A DNA stretch of 64,000 bases from a bacterium (GTDB lineage Bacteria > Patescibacteriota > Minisyncoccia > UBA6257 > GWB1-50-10): the NCBI GenBank assembly GCA_021813265.1, contig JAKALF010000001.1, positions 2,548 through 66,547 on the forward strand, read 5' to 3'. Positions 37,018-46,951 of the stretch are shown in pieces. The position numbers and the translations under genes are program-made. Position 1 is the first letter of the stretch; every line of letters begins with the position of its first letter. Under the pieces are notes generated by a model. That model did no database searches. It was given only the letters and a program-made list of their open reading frames with translations, and was not told the DNA's origin.

Positions 37018-38616
37018 TTACATTTTTTTAAGAAAGGAAATTCCTAAAACAGAAAAGAGGTTTTTGAAAACAATCAAGGTGGCGGAGATAAGAGTCAGAC
37101 GAGCGCGAACGACGTTCTTTTCTTCTCCCAAAACCCGTTCTTTTTCATAGAAGCCGTGAAAAACCTTGGCAAGCTCAAGAGCGTACTGGGTAAGGCGGCG
37201 GATGTTGTAACTTGAGGAAACGCTCAAAATAATTTCGGGAAATTGCGCGAGGGTTTTCATAAGACGGATATCTTCTTCCGTTGAAAGAACGGCAAGATCG
37301 GAAAGATCGGGAATAGCTGGTTTTTTGACTTTCCGCATAATGCTCTTGGCGCGTACGGCGGCATATTGGACATAGAATACGGGGTTTTTTAGTGTCCGTT
37401 CTTTCGCGAGAGACATATCAAAATCCATATGCGTTTCTGGAGTAATCATGAGAAAGAAAAAACGCGCGGAATCTTTCCCCACCTCATCAACAAGCTCCTC
37501 AAAGGTAACAAACATACCCTTTCGCTTCGACATCTTTACCTCTCTTCCGTTCTCTAAAAGACGTACCGCTTGCGTTATCATAACATCGGATTTTTGGATG
37601 CCAACCATGCTCGCGACGGCCTGAATACGAGCCATATATCCATGGTGATCGGGGCCTAAGATAAGGATTTTTGAATCAAATCCGCGCTTTTTCGTTTCAA
37701 GGTAATGCCCGGCATCGGCAAGAAAATAGGTTGGAACTCCGTCTTTTTTCAAAACCACTCGATCTTTATCATCCCCGTACTCGGTTGTTTTGAGCCATAG
37801 AGCTCCATCGGATTCATAAATAGACCGGTTTTTTTGAAAAAGCGACAAAGCCTTTTTAACATACCCCTTCCCGTGAATATCATTGTCCTCGGATGTATAG
37901 CGATCAAAATATATGCCCGCTTTCTTTTCAATAACATTCCGTGTCGCTTTCAAAAAATCTTTCGCGGCCCGCTTCCCAAGCTTCAAAGGATCGTGTTTTA
38001 AGCGTTTAACGATAGCTACGTGAGCACGAGCCCAATAATCTACGTATTCTCCTTTGTAAAATGTTTCTTCGTAAGGAATGAGGCGAGACGCGGCGAGAAT
38101 GGAATTACCCAATGTTTCAATCTGATTTCCCGTGTCGTTTACATAATATTCCTTTTCAACGTCAAAACCCGACATCTGAAGAACGTTTCCCAAAACATCT
38201 CCTAAGAATCCTCCTCTTCCATTTGCGAGGGTAAGGGGACCGGTTGGATTAGCTGATATAAATTCAATTTGAACCTTTTTTCTTCGACTTCGGGAAATTT
38301 TTCGTTTCCCGTATCGATCTCCCTCCTTTAGAATAAATTTGAGTTCACGAAAAAATACCTCAGGTTTTACCCACATATTCACGAACCCGGGAGCTTTTGC
38401 TTCAACGCGATCAAAAATATCAGAGGTTGTGTTAAGATACGAGGCGAGTTCTTCCGCCATGTCAATGGGAGAGATATGTTTTTCCTTAGCGAGCAAAAAA
38501 GCAACCGTTGTGCTGTAGTGGCCCAATGATTCATGTTCGGGAACGGAAATATCGATATCCACGGAATTTCCTGAAAAATTCCGTATAACGCGAGTAATAT
38601 TTTCTTTGATACTCAT
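37018..38616 (-). CDS. argS: Arginine-tRNA ligase
   Basis: EFISANPTGPL, EYYVNDTGNQ, KMSKRKG, NPVFYVQYA. Confidence 0.96.
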   Translation of the reverse strand: MSIKENITRVIRNFSGNSVDIDISVPEHESLGHYSTTVAFLLAKEKHISPIDMAEELASYLNTTSDIFDRVEAKAPGFVNMWVKPEVFFRELKFILKEGDRYGKRKISRSRRKKVQIEFISANPTGPLTLANGRGGFLGDVLGNVLQMSGFDVEKEYYVNDTGNQIETLGNSILAASRLIPYEETFYKGEYVDYWARAHVAIVKRLKHDPLKLGKRAAKDFLKATRNVIEKKAGIYFDRYTSEDNDIHGKGYVKKALSLFQKNRSIYESDGALWLKTTEYGDDKDRVVLKKDGVPTYFLADAGHYLETKKRGFDSKILILGPDHHGYMARIQAVASMVGIQKSDVMITQAVRLLENGREVKMSKRKGMFVTFEELVDEVGKDSARFFFLMITPETHMDFDMSLAKERTLKNPVFYVQYAAVRAKSIMRKVKKPAIPDLSDLAVLSTEEDIRLMKTLAQFPEIILSVSSSYNIRRLTQYALELAKVFHGFYEKERVLGEEKNVVRARLTLISATLIVFKNLFSVLGISFLKKM

Positions 38617-38658
38617 TGAATAGAAGTATAGCGGAAATATGCTAATCTAAAAACACCC

Positions 38659-39102
38659 ATGAAATACCTTTCCGAAAACAAAAACGCGTATATTGAGTAT
38701 GAGATACTCTCTACGTATGAAGCGGGTATTGAGCTTTTAGGAAGTGAAGTAAAATCCATCATGTCGCGCGGGGTAAGTCTGAGAGGAGTATATGCTGTCT
38801 TGAAAAACAACGAAGTCTGGGTTATAAACTGCGACATCTCCCCCTATCAACCCAAAAACACGCCTCAAGAATACAATACCAAACGAAGCAGAAAACTGCT
38901 TCTTCATAAGTCGGAGATAAAAGAACTCATTGGAAAAACCAAAGAAAAGGGGTTGACGCTTATCCCTCTTCGGATGTATAAAAAAGGAAGCAGGGTAAAG
39001 ATAGAGATCGGACTTGCGAGACATAGAAAAAAATGGGACAAGCGGGAGGTAATAAGAAAGCGGGAGATGGAAAGAGAGATTCGAAGAGAAACGAGACTGT
39101 AG
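38659..39102 (+). CDS. smpB: SsrA-binding protein SmpB
   Basis: YEAGIELLGSEVKS, RKLLLHKSEI, DKRE. Confidence 0.97.
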   Translation: MKYLSENKNAYIEYEILSTYEAGIELLGSEVKSIMSRGVSLRGVYAVLKNNEVWVINCDISPYQPKNTPQEYNTKRSRKLLLHKSEIKELIGKTKEKGLTLIPLRMYKKGSRVKIEIGLARHRKKWDKREVIRKREMEREIRRETRL

Positions 39103-39118
39103 CGTTAAAAACATATAA

Positions 39119-39469
39119 GGGGATGTCGGGCTTCGATAAAGTGTGTCTGGATATGCTGCAAGCTGAGCTGATTGACTCATACATCCAATCAAAACAAATA
39201 ACTGTCAAAAACACAGTTAGGACGCCCGCTTTTGCGTTTGCATAAGTGAACGTCTTCTCTTATCATTTAAGATTAGAGCATCAGTCCCCGAATCTTCATA
39301 GGGGAACCACTGGTGTTATACATGAAGATCGCCGAATATCGCGGTTAATTAGTTCTACCGCCTTCGGTTAATAATTAAAGAACTAAATTCTGTTTCTTTT
39401 GAAACTAAGCTTGTAGAGTGCGTATTCAAAACATTTTAGATGGCGGTTCAACTCCGCCCATCTCCACCA
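39119..39469 (+). ncRNA. ssrA: tmRNA
   Basis: GGGGATG/CATCTCC-ACCA acceptor stem with G3-U70; T-arm GGCGGTTCAACTCCGCC; tag frame 39204-39245 VKNTVRTPAFAFA*; follows smpB. Confidence 0.95.
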
Positions 39470-39705
39470 ACAGGAATTCCTGCGCCGCCTCCGCTTCCAA
39501 AAGGTTTCGAACTGATAAGACCATGAAAAAAGATAAGGCATATATCCAATTTGGCAATTTTAAGGGAGCAACTACCCAAGGCTGTTTTTGTATTGGGCGA
39601 AATCTCAAAACCTTTGAACATATAGCGACAAGCTAAAATATTTTTCAAAGATTTTTCGAGAAAGCCCAGTAGATGCTGGGCTTCTTAATTGTTAAAAACA
39701 ATACC

Positions 39706-41166
39706 ATGATTATCATTAAAAATCTTACAAAAAATATTTTAGGAGAAACTCTTTTTGAAAAGGTGTCTTTTGCGTTGCATAAAGGAGATAAGGTTGGACT
39801 TGTTGGACCGAATGGTTCTGGAAAATCAACGCTCTTGAAAATCATTCTTGGCAATGTTGAAGCTGACGATGGTGATGTTCGAGTCGAATATGAAAATATC
39901 GGATATCTATCGCAGAAATTGCCTTTTAAGAGCGACGTGACAGTAGAAAGTTTTTTGTCCGCTTCCGGAAATCCAAAAGCAAAAATTGTTCTTGAAAAAG
40001 TTGGGCTTGGTAACATCTCGCATGATATTGCTGTTACTAAACTCAGTGGTGGACAAAAAACGAGATTGTCGCTGGCAAGAATTTTATTGGACAAACCAAG
40101 CGTATTACTCTTAGACGAGCCAACAAACCATCTTGATTTGAAAGGTTTGGAATGGTTAGAGAATTTCATACGCGAATTTAGGGGCGGTGTTTTGATTGTC
40201 TCTCATGACCGCCGTCTGCTTGATAATTCCGTCAATAGAATTCTTGAGATTGATTCGGTAAATCATAAATTCGCTGAATATGTCGGTGGATATACCGAAT
40301 ACATGATGGAAAAAGAAAAGAAGTTGGTGAAATGGGAAGACGATTACCAACGACAGCAGAAGGAAAAGAGGCGTCTTGAACTTTGGCTCGCACTGAAGCG
40401 GCAAGAAGCGCATATTCATCCCGATCCAACAAAAGGCAGAATGATTCGAGCAAAGGAAAAATATCTGCAACGAGAAATATACGACAAGGAAATTCCAAAA
40501 CCCAAGAGCCAGAAAAAGATAAGCGGTTTGGAACTCAAAGGTAAAACCGCTTCTGCAAAACTTATCGTGCGAGTCAAAGACATCGTAAAAAGTTTTCCCG
40601 GTAAACAATTGCTTCGTGGAGTTAGTTTTGAATTGCGTGGTAGAGAGCATGTTTTGTTGGCTGGAGATAATGGATCGGGGAAAACTACCTTACTCAAAAT
40701 TCTTACTGGAGAATTGCAACCAGATAGCGGAGAATTTAAGCTTGGCGAAAATGTCCGTTTTGGTTATTTTGCTCAAGAGCACGAAATTTTAAACCCTGAC
40801 AAAACAGTAATGGACGAATTTTTGAGTACCGACCGATTACTCAGTTCGTCTAGAAACCCGCGCTCTATTCTCGGCACTTTCCTTTTTAGCGGACAAAACG
40901 CCTTCAAGAAAGTTTCAAGTTTGAGCCTTGGTGAGCGCGTGCGTCTCATTTTCGCTAAACTAACGAACCAAGAAAACGAACTTCTCATTCTTGATGAGCC
41001 GACTAACCATCTCGACATTCGGTCGCGAGAAGTTATTGAAGACGCACTTCTGGGTTACAAAGGAGCTATTCTTGTCGTATCTCACGACAGGTATTTTCTT
41101 GATAAAATTTCCATCAATAAAACACTGACGATCCAAAATGGAATTATCAAGGAAAAACTTGTGTAA
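39706..41166 (+). CDS. ABC-F family ribosome-associated ATPase
   Basis: Two ABC domains (GPNGSGKS/LSGGQ/LDEPTNHLD; GDNGSGKT/LSLGE/LDEPTNHLD), no TM. Confidence 0.93.
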   Translation: MIIIKNLTKNILGETLFEKVSFALHKGDKVGLVGPNGSGKSTLLKIILGNVEADDGDVRVEYENIGYLSQKLPFKSDVTVESFLSASGNPKAKIVLEKVGLGNISHDIAVTKLSGGQKTRLSLARILLDKPSVLLLDEPTNHLDLKGLEWLENFIREFRGGVLIVSHDRRLLDNSVNRILEIDSVNHKFAEYVGGYTEYMMEKEKKLVKWEDDYQRQQKEKRRLELWLALKRQEAHIHPDPTKGRMIRAKEKYLQREIYDKEIPKPKSQKKISGLELKGKTASAKLIVRVKDIVKSFPGKQLLRGVSFELRGREHVLLAGDNGSGKTTLLKILTGELQPDSGEFKLGENVRFGYFAQEHEILNPDKTVMDEFLSTDRLLSSSRNPRSILGTFLFSGQNAFKKVSSLSLGERVRLIFAKLTNQENELLILDEPTNHLDIRSREVIEDALLGYKGAILVVSHDRYFLDKISINKTLTIQNGIIKEKLV

Positions 41167-41339
41167 TTCTTCCATATAGTCCGAAATCTTTTGGAAACGG
41201 TGGAGGAATTCCCTTTCCTCCCAATCTTTCCTTCCCGCTTCACCGGAGCGATTTGGGATTTCGCGAAAGCTCGAGCTATGTTCAGGATATCCCACTGTAT
41301 AAAATTAATCCCCGATTTAAGTATCGGGGATTTCAAATT

Positions 41340-41696
41340 TTATCTGTCCCTTATTTTTCTTATAAGAACTCCCTCATTTGTTGAGGTTGTTCCTAAGGCA
41401 ATAATCCACGTTATTACGCATAACGTGGGGTTGGTGTTCCAATATAACGTTGTCGCGATAATCGCCGCGTATATTCTTGGGACTACCAACCAACCGAACC
41501 AGCCGCCAAATCCTATAGGAAAGGGCGTTGCCACAAGCATAGTGATTCTTGGAAACAGATTCATAAAAATCAAGAACCAAACACTGTGGACTCTCCAGAA
41601 GTCGGTTTGGGTCGTCATTTCATGACCAGCAACCGAACATCCTGTTAAAAATAAGGCGGAAAATAAAAAGAGAAAGAAAAAATAACGATTTTTCAT
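41340..41696 (-). CDS. Hypothetical membrane protein with lipobox-like motif
   Basis: LFLTGC followed by hydrophobic segments; hairpin ~41308-41331 after the stop. Confidence 0.6.
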   Translation of the reverse strand: MKNRYFFFLFLFSALFLTGCSVAGHEMTTQTDFWRVHSVWFLIFMNLFPRITMLVATPFPIGFGGWFGWLVVPRIYAAIIATTLYWNTNPTLCVITWIIALGTTSTNEGVLIRKIRDR

Positions 41697-41799
41697 GACT
41701 AACTCCATTCAATTATTAAGGATTTTTGCTGATTTAATCAAAACAGCAATAACCTATTCTGTCAAATAGAAGATTTCTAATAAATTACCCACTATTTTC

Positions 41800-41922
41800 T
41801 TATCTCACCCCATCAACTTGAGTAGTAGGAATAGAAATATTTTTAGGCGCGGGAACAAACATCGCGATAATAAGAAGCGCTATAAGAATAACAAGAAGAA
41901 GCGATAAGGAACGTATGTTCAT
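41800..41922 (-). CDS. Small membrane protein (40 aa)
   Basis: MNIRSLSLLLVILIALLIIAMFVPAPK...; starts 4 nt after the upstream gene's stop. Confidence 0.5.
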   Translation of the reverse strand: MNIRSLSLLLVILIALLIIAMFVPAPKNISIPTTQVDGVR

Positions 41923-41926
41923 GCTG

Positions 41927-42193
41927 TTATAATCCCTTTAACAAATCTTGGAGCTGACTTCCCCCCGATCCTGAATTCAAAATGTTTTGCAGGTTTTCCA
42001 CGTTAGAAAAATTTGAAAGATATTTTAGATAATAGAAATACCCATAGACAAGAGAAAGAATAATGAAAAGAATCTTCACTATCCCCCATATACGCATATG
42101 TCTATACCGCTTCTCAAGCTTCTTTAACCGTTCGTTATTCTCCTCGGCTAGTATGGATGTTTTCTGAAGTAATGTTTTTTCTTCGTCAGTCAT
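41927..42193 (-). CDS. Hypothetical single-TM protein
   Basis: LAEENNERLKKL followed by a TM segment. Confidence 0.7.
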   Translation of the reverse strand: MTDEEKTLLQKTSILAEENNERLKKLEKRYRHMRIWGIVKILFIILSLVYGYFYYLKYLSNFSNVENLQNILNSGSGGSQLQDLLKGL

Positions 42194-42254
42194 GGATACG
42201 GGCTCATTCTAACATATAATTGACGGGGGGCAAAAAATGCCCTATGATACGCGT

Positions 42255-42758
42255 ATACGATATAAAGTAAACAAAGAAATAACGGAATCGGAGCTTCGGG
42301 TGATTGATGAGCACGGAGTCAACCTCGGCATCATGAAACGAGAAGACGCTTTTCGCCTGGCTTGGAACAACAATAAAGATGTTGTGGAAATTTCAGGAAC
42401 GGCCAAACCACCGGTTGTAAAAATTATCGATTTTGATAAGTTCAGATATCAAAAAGAAAAGGAGGAAAAGAAACAACGGTTGGCCGAAAAAGCAAAGGAG
42501 CTGAAACACGTGCGTATCACCCCCCGAGCGGCTGAAAACGATCTTCAGGTTAAGCTCCGCAAAGTTGAGGAATTCCTAAAAAACGGCCACAACGTAGAAA
42601 TCGGAATCCTCTTCAAGGGAAGAGAGAAGGGAAATAAGATGTGGGGACTCGAGAAACTCAACCAATTTCTTCAAAAGATCCAAACTCCTCATATCGTCAC
42701 TATGTCACCACGACAAGGAGGGAGAGGAATGATAAGTCAGGTAGCGCCAAAAAAATAA
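42255..42758 (+). CDS. infC: Translation initiation factor IF-3 (probable ATA start)
   Basis: VNKEI...LRVIDE.G.NLG, PPVVKIIDFDKFRY; ATG 42237 lies inside the promoter spacer. Confidence 0.93.
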   Translation: MRYKVNKEITESELRVIDEHGVNLGIMKREDAFRLAWNNNKDVVEISGTAKPPVVKIIDFDKFRYQKEKEEKKQRLAEKAKELKHVRITPRAAENDLQVKLRKVEEFLKNGHNVEIGILFKGREKGNKMWGLEKLNQFLQKIQTPHIVTMSPRQGGRGMISQVAPKK

Positions 42759-42759
42759 C

Positions 42760-42939
42760 ATGAAAAACAGAAAGAGTATTTCAAAAAGGATAAAAATAAC
42801 CAAAACGGGAAAGGTTGTAAGGAGATCTATGGGTCTTGGTCACTCAAGAGGAAATAAATCCACAACTCAAAAAATGAGGAGGAGAAGTTCCCGCGATCTT
42901 CGGACGCTCGGAAAAATAATTAAGAAGAAATACCTTTAA
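42760..42939 (+). CDS. rpmI: 50S ribosomal protein L35
   Basis: MKNRKSISKRIKITKTGK...GH...K, between infC and rplT. Confidence 0.9.
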   Translation: MKNRKSISKRIKITKTGKVVRRSMGLGHSRGNKSTTQKMRRRSSRDLRTLGKIIKKKYL

Positions 42940-42984
42940 TTTCTTGACTAACGCGCCCATAGAAGGTATTCTCATACTACGCAT

Positions 42985-43329
42985 ATGACACGAGTAAAAC
43001 GAGGAACTCTGGCAAATAAAAAGAGAAGGAAAATTCTAAAACTCACGAAAGGATTCAAGTGGGGAAGAAAATCAAAAGAACGCGCGGCGAAAGAAGCGCT
43101 TCTTCACGCGCTCACGGCATCCTTTAGAGGACGAAAACAAAAAAAACGCGATTATCGCTCGCTATGGAATACCCGAATAAACGCGGGGGCAAGAAAGGAA
43201 GGATTAACCTATAGCTCTTTCATAAACGCTCTGAAGAAAAAAAATATAAGATTGGATAGGAAAATACTCGCGGGACTCGCGAAAGACGAACCGGAAACAT
43301 TTAAAAAAATTGTCGAAGAAGTAAGATAA
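42985..43329 (+). CDS. rplT: 50S ribosomal protein L20
   Basis: MTRVKRG...RDYRSLWNTRINA..LDRKILA. Confidence 0.97.
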   Translation: MTRVKRGTLANKKRRKILKLTKGFKWGRKSKERAAKEALLHALTASFRGRKQKKRDYRSLWNTRINAGARKEGLTYSSFINALKKKNIRLDRKILAGLAKDEPETFKKIVEEVR

Positions 43330-43350
43330 TCCGCCAAATAGGCGGATTTT

Positions 43351-43653
43351 TTAAACTCGTGCTTTATACAACATAAGGTCTACTCTTCCCCTTTTTACCA
43401 AAACTCCTTCCTTACGAAGTTTTTCGATCTTTTTGCTTGTTCCTCCCGCGTATCCGCCGATTTTTCCATCAGAACAAACCACTCTATGACACGGAATGGT
43501 TTTCATATCGGGGTTTTTATGAAGAGCGTTTCCAACCGCCCTCGACCCTCGCGGGCTCTCTACTGCCGTGGCGATATCGCTGTATGTTGCCACCTTGCCG
43601 CGCGGAATGCGGGCGGTTATCTGATATACCCTTTTTGTGAATGAGATTCTCAT
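43351..43653 (-). CDS. MGMT family alkyltransferase (single domain)
   Basis: IPRGKVATY, RAVGNAL, IPCHRVV. Confidence 0.9.
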   Translation of the reverse strand: MRISFTKRVYQITARIPRGKVATYSDIATAVESPRGSRAVGNALHKNPDMKTIPCHRVVCSDGKIGGYAGGTSKKIEKLRKEGVLVKRGRVDLMLYKARV

Positions 43654-44077
43654 AAATATGGCTTATGTGACCTTTCATCACGGTTCCTGATATAAGGCGA
43701 ACGGCTTCTTTGTGAAGAAACCACCCGTATCCCTCGTGATGTTCCCCTTTGTGATGCTCGGGCTTTATATTAATTTGTATCTTCTGATTTCTGGTTTCCG
43801 CGAGATAATATATGACTGTTTTATAAATCTTCTCTCTATTGCGAATAAAGGAAAATGTATCCTGTACTTTGAACCATTCTCTGAAATGAAGGTCTTGAGA
43901 AGAAAGCCCCGTTTCTTCGTATACCTCTCTAAGCGCCGCCTGAAAACTCCTCTCGCCGTCCGCCAGTTTGCCCTTCGGAAAATTCCAATACTTTCCCCCG
44001 TTATAGAGCAACAAAAATTTAGGACCTTCTGATGTCCTTCTATAGATAATAATTCCCGCGGATAGTTCTTTAGTCAT
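43517..44077 (-). CDS. NUDIX hydrolase (Ap4A hydrolase-like)
   Basis: SAGIII, WNFPKG..GE...AALREVYEETG. Confidence 0.88.
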   Translation of the reverse strand: MTKELSAGIIIYRRTSEGPKFLLLYNGGKYWNFPKGKLADGERSFQAALREVYEETGLSSQDLHFREWFKVQDTFSFIRNREKIYKTVIYYLAETRNQKIQINIKPEHHKGEHHEGYGWFLHKEAVRLISGTVMKGHISHIYENLIHKKGISDNRPHSARQGGNIQRYRHGSREPARVEGGWKRSS

Positions 44078-44079
44078 GG

Positions 44080-46575
44080 TTATTTCTTCTGAATAGTAAA
44101 CGTATGGTTATAAATGTCAAAAATAATTTCATCTCCCTTCCCTATCTCTTTCCTTAGTATTTTTTCAGCGAGAGCTCCTCGCACGTTATCGGATATAACT
44201 TGACGAAGGGGTCGAGCTCCAAAGGTGGGATCATATCCCAATTCGGCAATCTTTTCCACGGCGGAATCGGAAAAAGAAAGGGCGATTCCGTGAGACGTCT
44301 GAATGGTTTTTACGACCTCTTCCAAAAGAAGTTTGGCTATGGAAACAATCTCTTTTTTCCCCAGATTCTTAAAAACAATAATGTCGGAAAAACGGTTGAT
44401 AAGTTCAGGCTTGAAATAATCGGTAAGTTTCTTTTTAAGGACTTCTGAAATATCGGATATGGTTTTTCCTGATTCAATGGATTCTTTAATGAACTCGGAA
44501 TGGGCGTTTGAGGTCGCGATAATAACGGTGTGTTCAAAATTTACCGTCCTCCCCAATCCGTCCGTAAGTCTCCCATCATCAAATACCTGGAGAAAGAGGT
44601 TTAAGATGTCGGGATGAGCCTTCTCGAATTCATCAAGAAGAATGAGGGTATAGGGATGAGCCATAATAGCATCGGTAAGCGAACCCGTGTTTTTTCCATC
44701 CGGCGTCCCTATAAACCTGAAAATACTTTGTTTGTCTTGATACTCGGACATGTCAAAACGACTCATCGCGTCTTTTGAACCAAATTGGACGGAAGCGAGT
44801 ATTTTTGAAAGTTCGGTCTTTCCAACACCCGTCGGTCCAACAAAAAGAAAGGTTGCTATGGGTCCCCCTTTTCTTGAAAGTCCGCTCCTATATTCCCTAA
44901 GCGCCCGAGAAACGGCGGAAACGGCTTCGTTCTGATTAATAAAACACGTATGAATATATTCCTCAAGACGGAGAAGTTTTTCGGTCTCCTCTTTTCCAGC
45001 CCCTTGAATTGGTATGCGGGTCTCGGTTTCCGCGACTTCTTCAACACACATCTCGTTAATAATGTTTTTCTTCTCATGAGACGCCTTCGCGAAAACCCTT
45101 TTTAAAAGATCGACCGCGCTTCCAGGAAGAGGCTTTGAAGAAAAATAGCGATGAGCGATCTCAACTGATCTCTTTATCGCCCGAAATGAGGCCGGAATCC
45201 CGAACTGCCGTTCAAGAAGAACGCTCATGTAAATAAGAAACTCGATCGATTCATCGGGAGATATGGGATTCACGGTAATGACATCAAATTGTTCCAAAAA
45301 ATCCGTACGGGGAGAGATCAATTGTTTAAATTCCCTTGGATAGGATTCTCCAATCAAGGGAATGGCTTCGGAAGAAACGATAGGCAAGAGAAGATCGATA
45401 GCGTTCATTTCTCCCGAACCGGAAGTTTTGAAAAGATCGTGCATATTGGGGATAAAAAGAACGATATTTCCGGCGAATAAAATCTCTTTTACTATATTCT
45501 GAAGCCTCCCGGCCAGTTCCTCGTTTGTCGCGTTAGCGAGAAGGGCGGGAACATTTAAAGAAACGAGCCGTTTGTCAAAAAGTATGGAAGGAACGCGGTC
45601 TTTGATAATACGATAGGCAAGGTGAGCGATAAGGGTTGATTTTCCGGACCCGGGATCTCCGACAAGGATCGCGTTGGGTTTCCCGGGACGAGAAATAACT
45701 TCTAAAAGTTCTTCAAATTCTTTCTTGTGTCCAATCAAAAAACCCGCCTTTTCTGAACGCGCGAGGTCCGTGAAGTCGGAACTAAATCTATCAAGAATAG
45801 GCGTGGGCCGAGAAGTCCATGATCGGTTAACGACCCTATGACGGATAAACATCGATTGATGGGCAAATCCTCCCAAAACAGCTGGAACGCGTTTTATAAA
45901 AGAAAACGAACTTTGTATTCTCCCGAAAACGAGCGCGTTTTTTACGTCATCTGAAGAAAGATCCATGCGACGGAAAAGAGAGACGAGCGCTTGGTCGTTG
46001 AGAGAAAAAAGCGCGAGAAAGATATGGCGAGGATAAACAAATAACTCTCCTCCATCATGCGCGTTTCTAAACGCTTGCATCCCAAGATGAGAAATTCTCT
46101 CTATATATTCTCGGCTTTCCTGTTTTTCTGAAGGAGAATCCGATATGGCTTTCTCTGTTTTCTCTAAACTTTCTTTCAGGTTGTAATCCAGGCGACTCAA
46201 AATATTTTTTACGTCTTTTTCTTCCATGAGAACCTTGAAAAGAAAAAGGGTAAGGGGCTTTCCTGAAGAAACTGTTTTTCTGAACGCCTTATTGACCGCC
46301 CCATATGCCCGAGGAGTAAAAGAAAACGCGGCGTTTCCCGTCCCTCCCATAACTTCGGAAATCATGTGCTCTCCCTCTTTCCTGTGAAAACTCCTATCAA
46401 GAAGAAAAAGGATGACAAGAACCCCGAGTCCCTTGAGGGGCGCGGGTCCTCTAAAAATATAAAATATCGATCCTAGAGCGAGAACACCATAGGTTAATCG
46501 CGAAAAACCTTTCACAAAAATCTCTCCTGGTCGTGAAAGAAAAAGTCTGCGCTCTTTAAAGTAAAGATCCTTCAT
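44080..46575 (-). CDS. ClpA/ClpC-like two-domain AAA+ ATPase with N-terminal TM segments
   Basis: GDPGSGKS, GPTGVGKT, LLDEFEKAH, DDGRLTD, GARPLR. Confidence 0.9.
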   Translation of the reverse strand: MKDLYFKERRLFLSRPGEIFVKGFSRLTYGVLALGSIFYIFRGPAPLKGLGVLVILFLLDRSFHRKEGEHMISEVMGGTGNAAFSFTPRAYGAVNKAFRKTVSSGKPLTLFLFKVLMEEKDVKNILSRLDYNLKESLEKTEKAISDSPSEKQESREYIERISHLGMQAFRNAHDGGELFVYPRHIFLALFSLNDQALVSLFRRMDLSSDDVKNALVFGRIQSSFSFIKRVPAVLGGFAHQSMFIRHRVVNRSWTSRPTPILDRFSSDFTDLARSEKAGFLIGHKKEFEELLEVISRPGKPNAILVGDPGSGKSTLIAHLAYRIIKDRVPSILFDKRLVSLNVPALLANATNEELAGRLQNIVKEILFAGNIVLFIPNMHDLFKTSGSGEMNAIDLLLPIVSSEAIPLIGESYPREFKQLISPRTDFLEQFDVITVNPISPDESIEFLIYMSVLLERQFGIPASFRAIKRSVEIAHRYFSSKPLPGSAVDLLKRVFAKASHEKKNIINEMCVEEVAETETRIPIQGAGKEETEKLLRLEEYIHTCFINQNEAVSAVSRALREYRSGLSRKGGPIATFLFVGPTGVGKTELSKILASVQFGSKDAMSRFDMSEYQDKQSIFRFIGTPDGKNTGSLTDAIMAHPYTLILLDEFEKAHPDILNLFLQVFDDGRLTDGLGRTVNFEHTVIIATSNAHSEFIKESIESGKTISDISEVLKKKLTDYFKPELINRFSDIIVFKNLGKKEIVSIAKLLLEEVVKTIQTSHGIALSFSDSAVEKIAELGYDPTFGARPLRQVISDNVRGALAEKILRKEIGKGDEIIFDIYNHTFTIQKK

Positions 46576-46922
46576 AGATTAAAAAAAGAAAACGACTTAA
46601 AGATAATAAGAGGAGGAATGGCAATCCAAATACAATATAAGATAAGGGCAAGAATAATAATAAAAAGATAAAGGATTCCCGCTATAGCGAGACGGAAAAC
46701 TCTAAAAAAGAATCCCAAGATCCTTCCCACAAACGAATAGTCTCCGTATAAAGGGTGAAAAAGAAAACGGAGGGTTATTTTCCAAGCGAAATACCGGTCA
46801 AGTTTTCCCAAAACATCAAGGATAAAATCAACATACATTCTGATGCTTTTTATATACCAATGACGCAAAAACTCGCCCAAGCGGTAGAGAAATCGCCATC
46901 CAAGGTAGGTTATGGCCATCAT
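46572..46922 (-). CDS. Hypothetical membrane protein coupled to the Clp ATPase
   Basis: PLYGDYS..GR.LGF followed by TM; overlaps the Clp start. Confidence 0.7.
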   Translation of the reverse strand: MMAITYLGWRFLYRLGEFLRHWYIKSIRMYVDFILDVLGKLDRYFAWKITLRFLFHPLYGDYSFVGRILGFFFRVFRLAIAGILYLFIIILALILYCIWIAIPPLIIFKSFSFFNL

Positions 46923-46951
46923 TATGGTTATTATAACCCAATAACGAGTCT

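Noticed and set aside
43517-43653. 137-nt NUDIX/MGMT overlap as functional dual coding
   Set aside because: More simply a drifted stop giving an unstructured tail; no evidence of constraint
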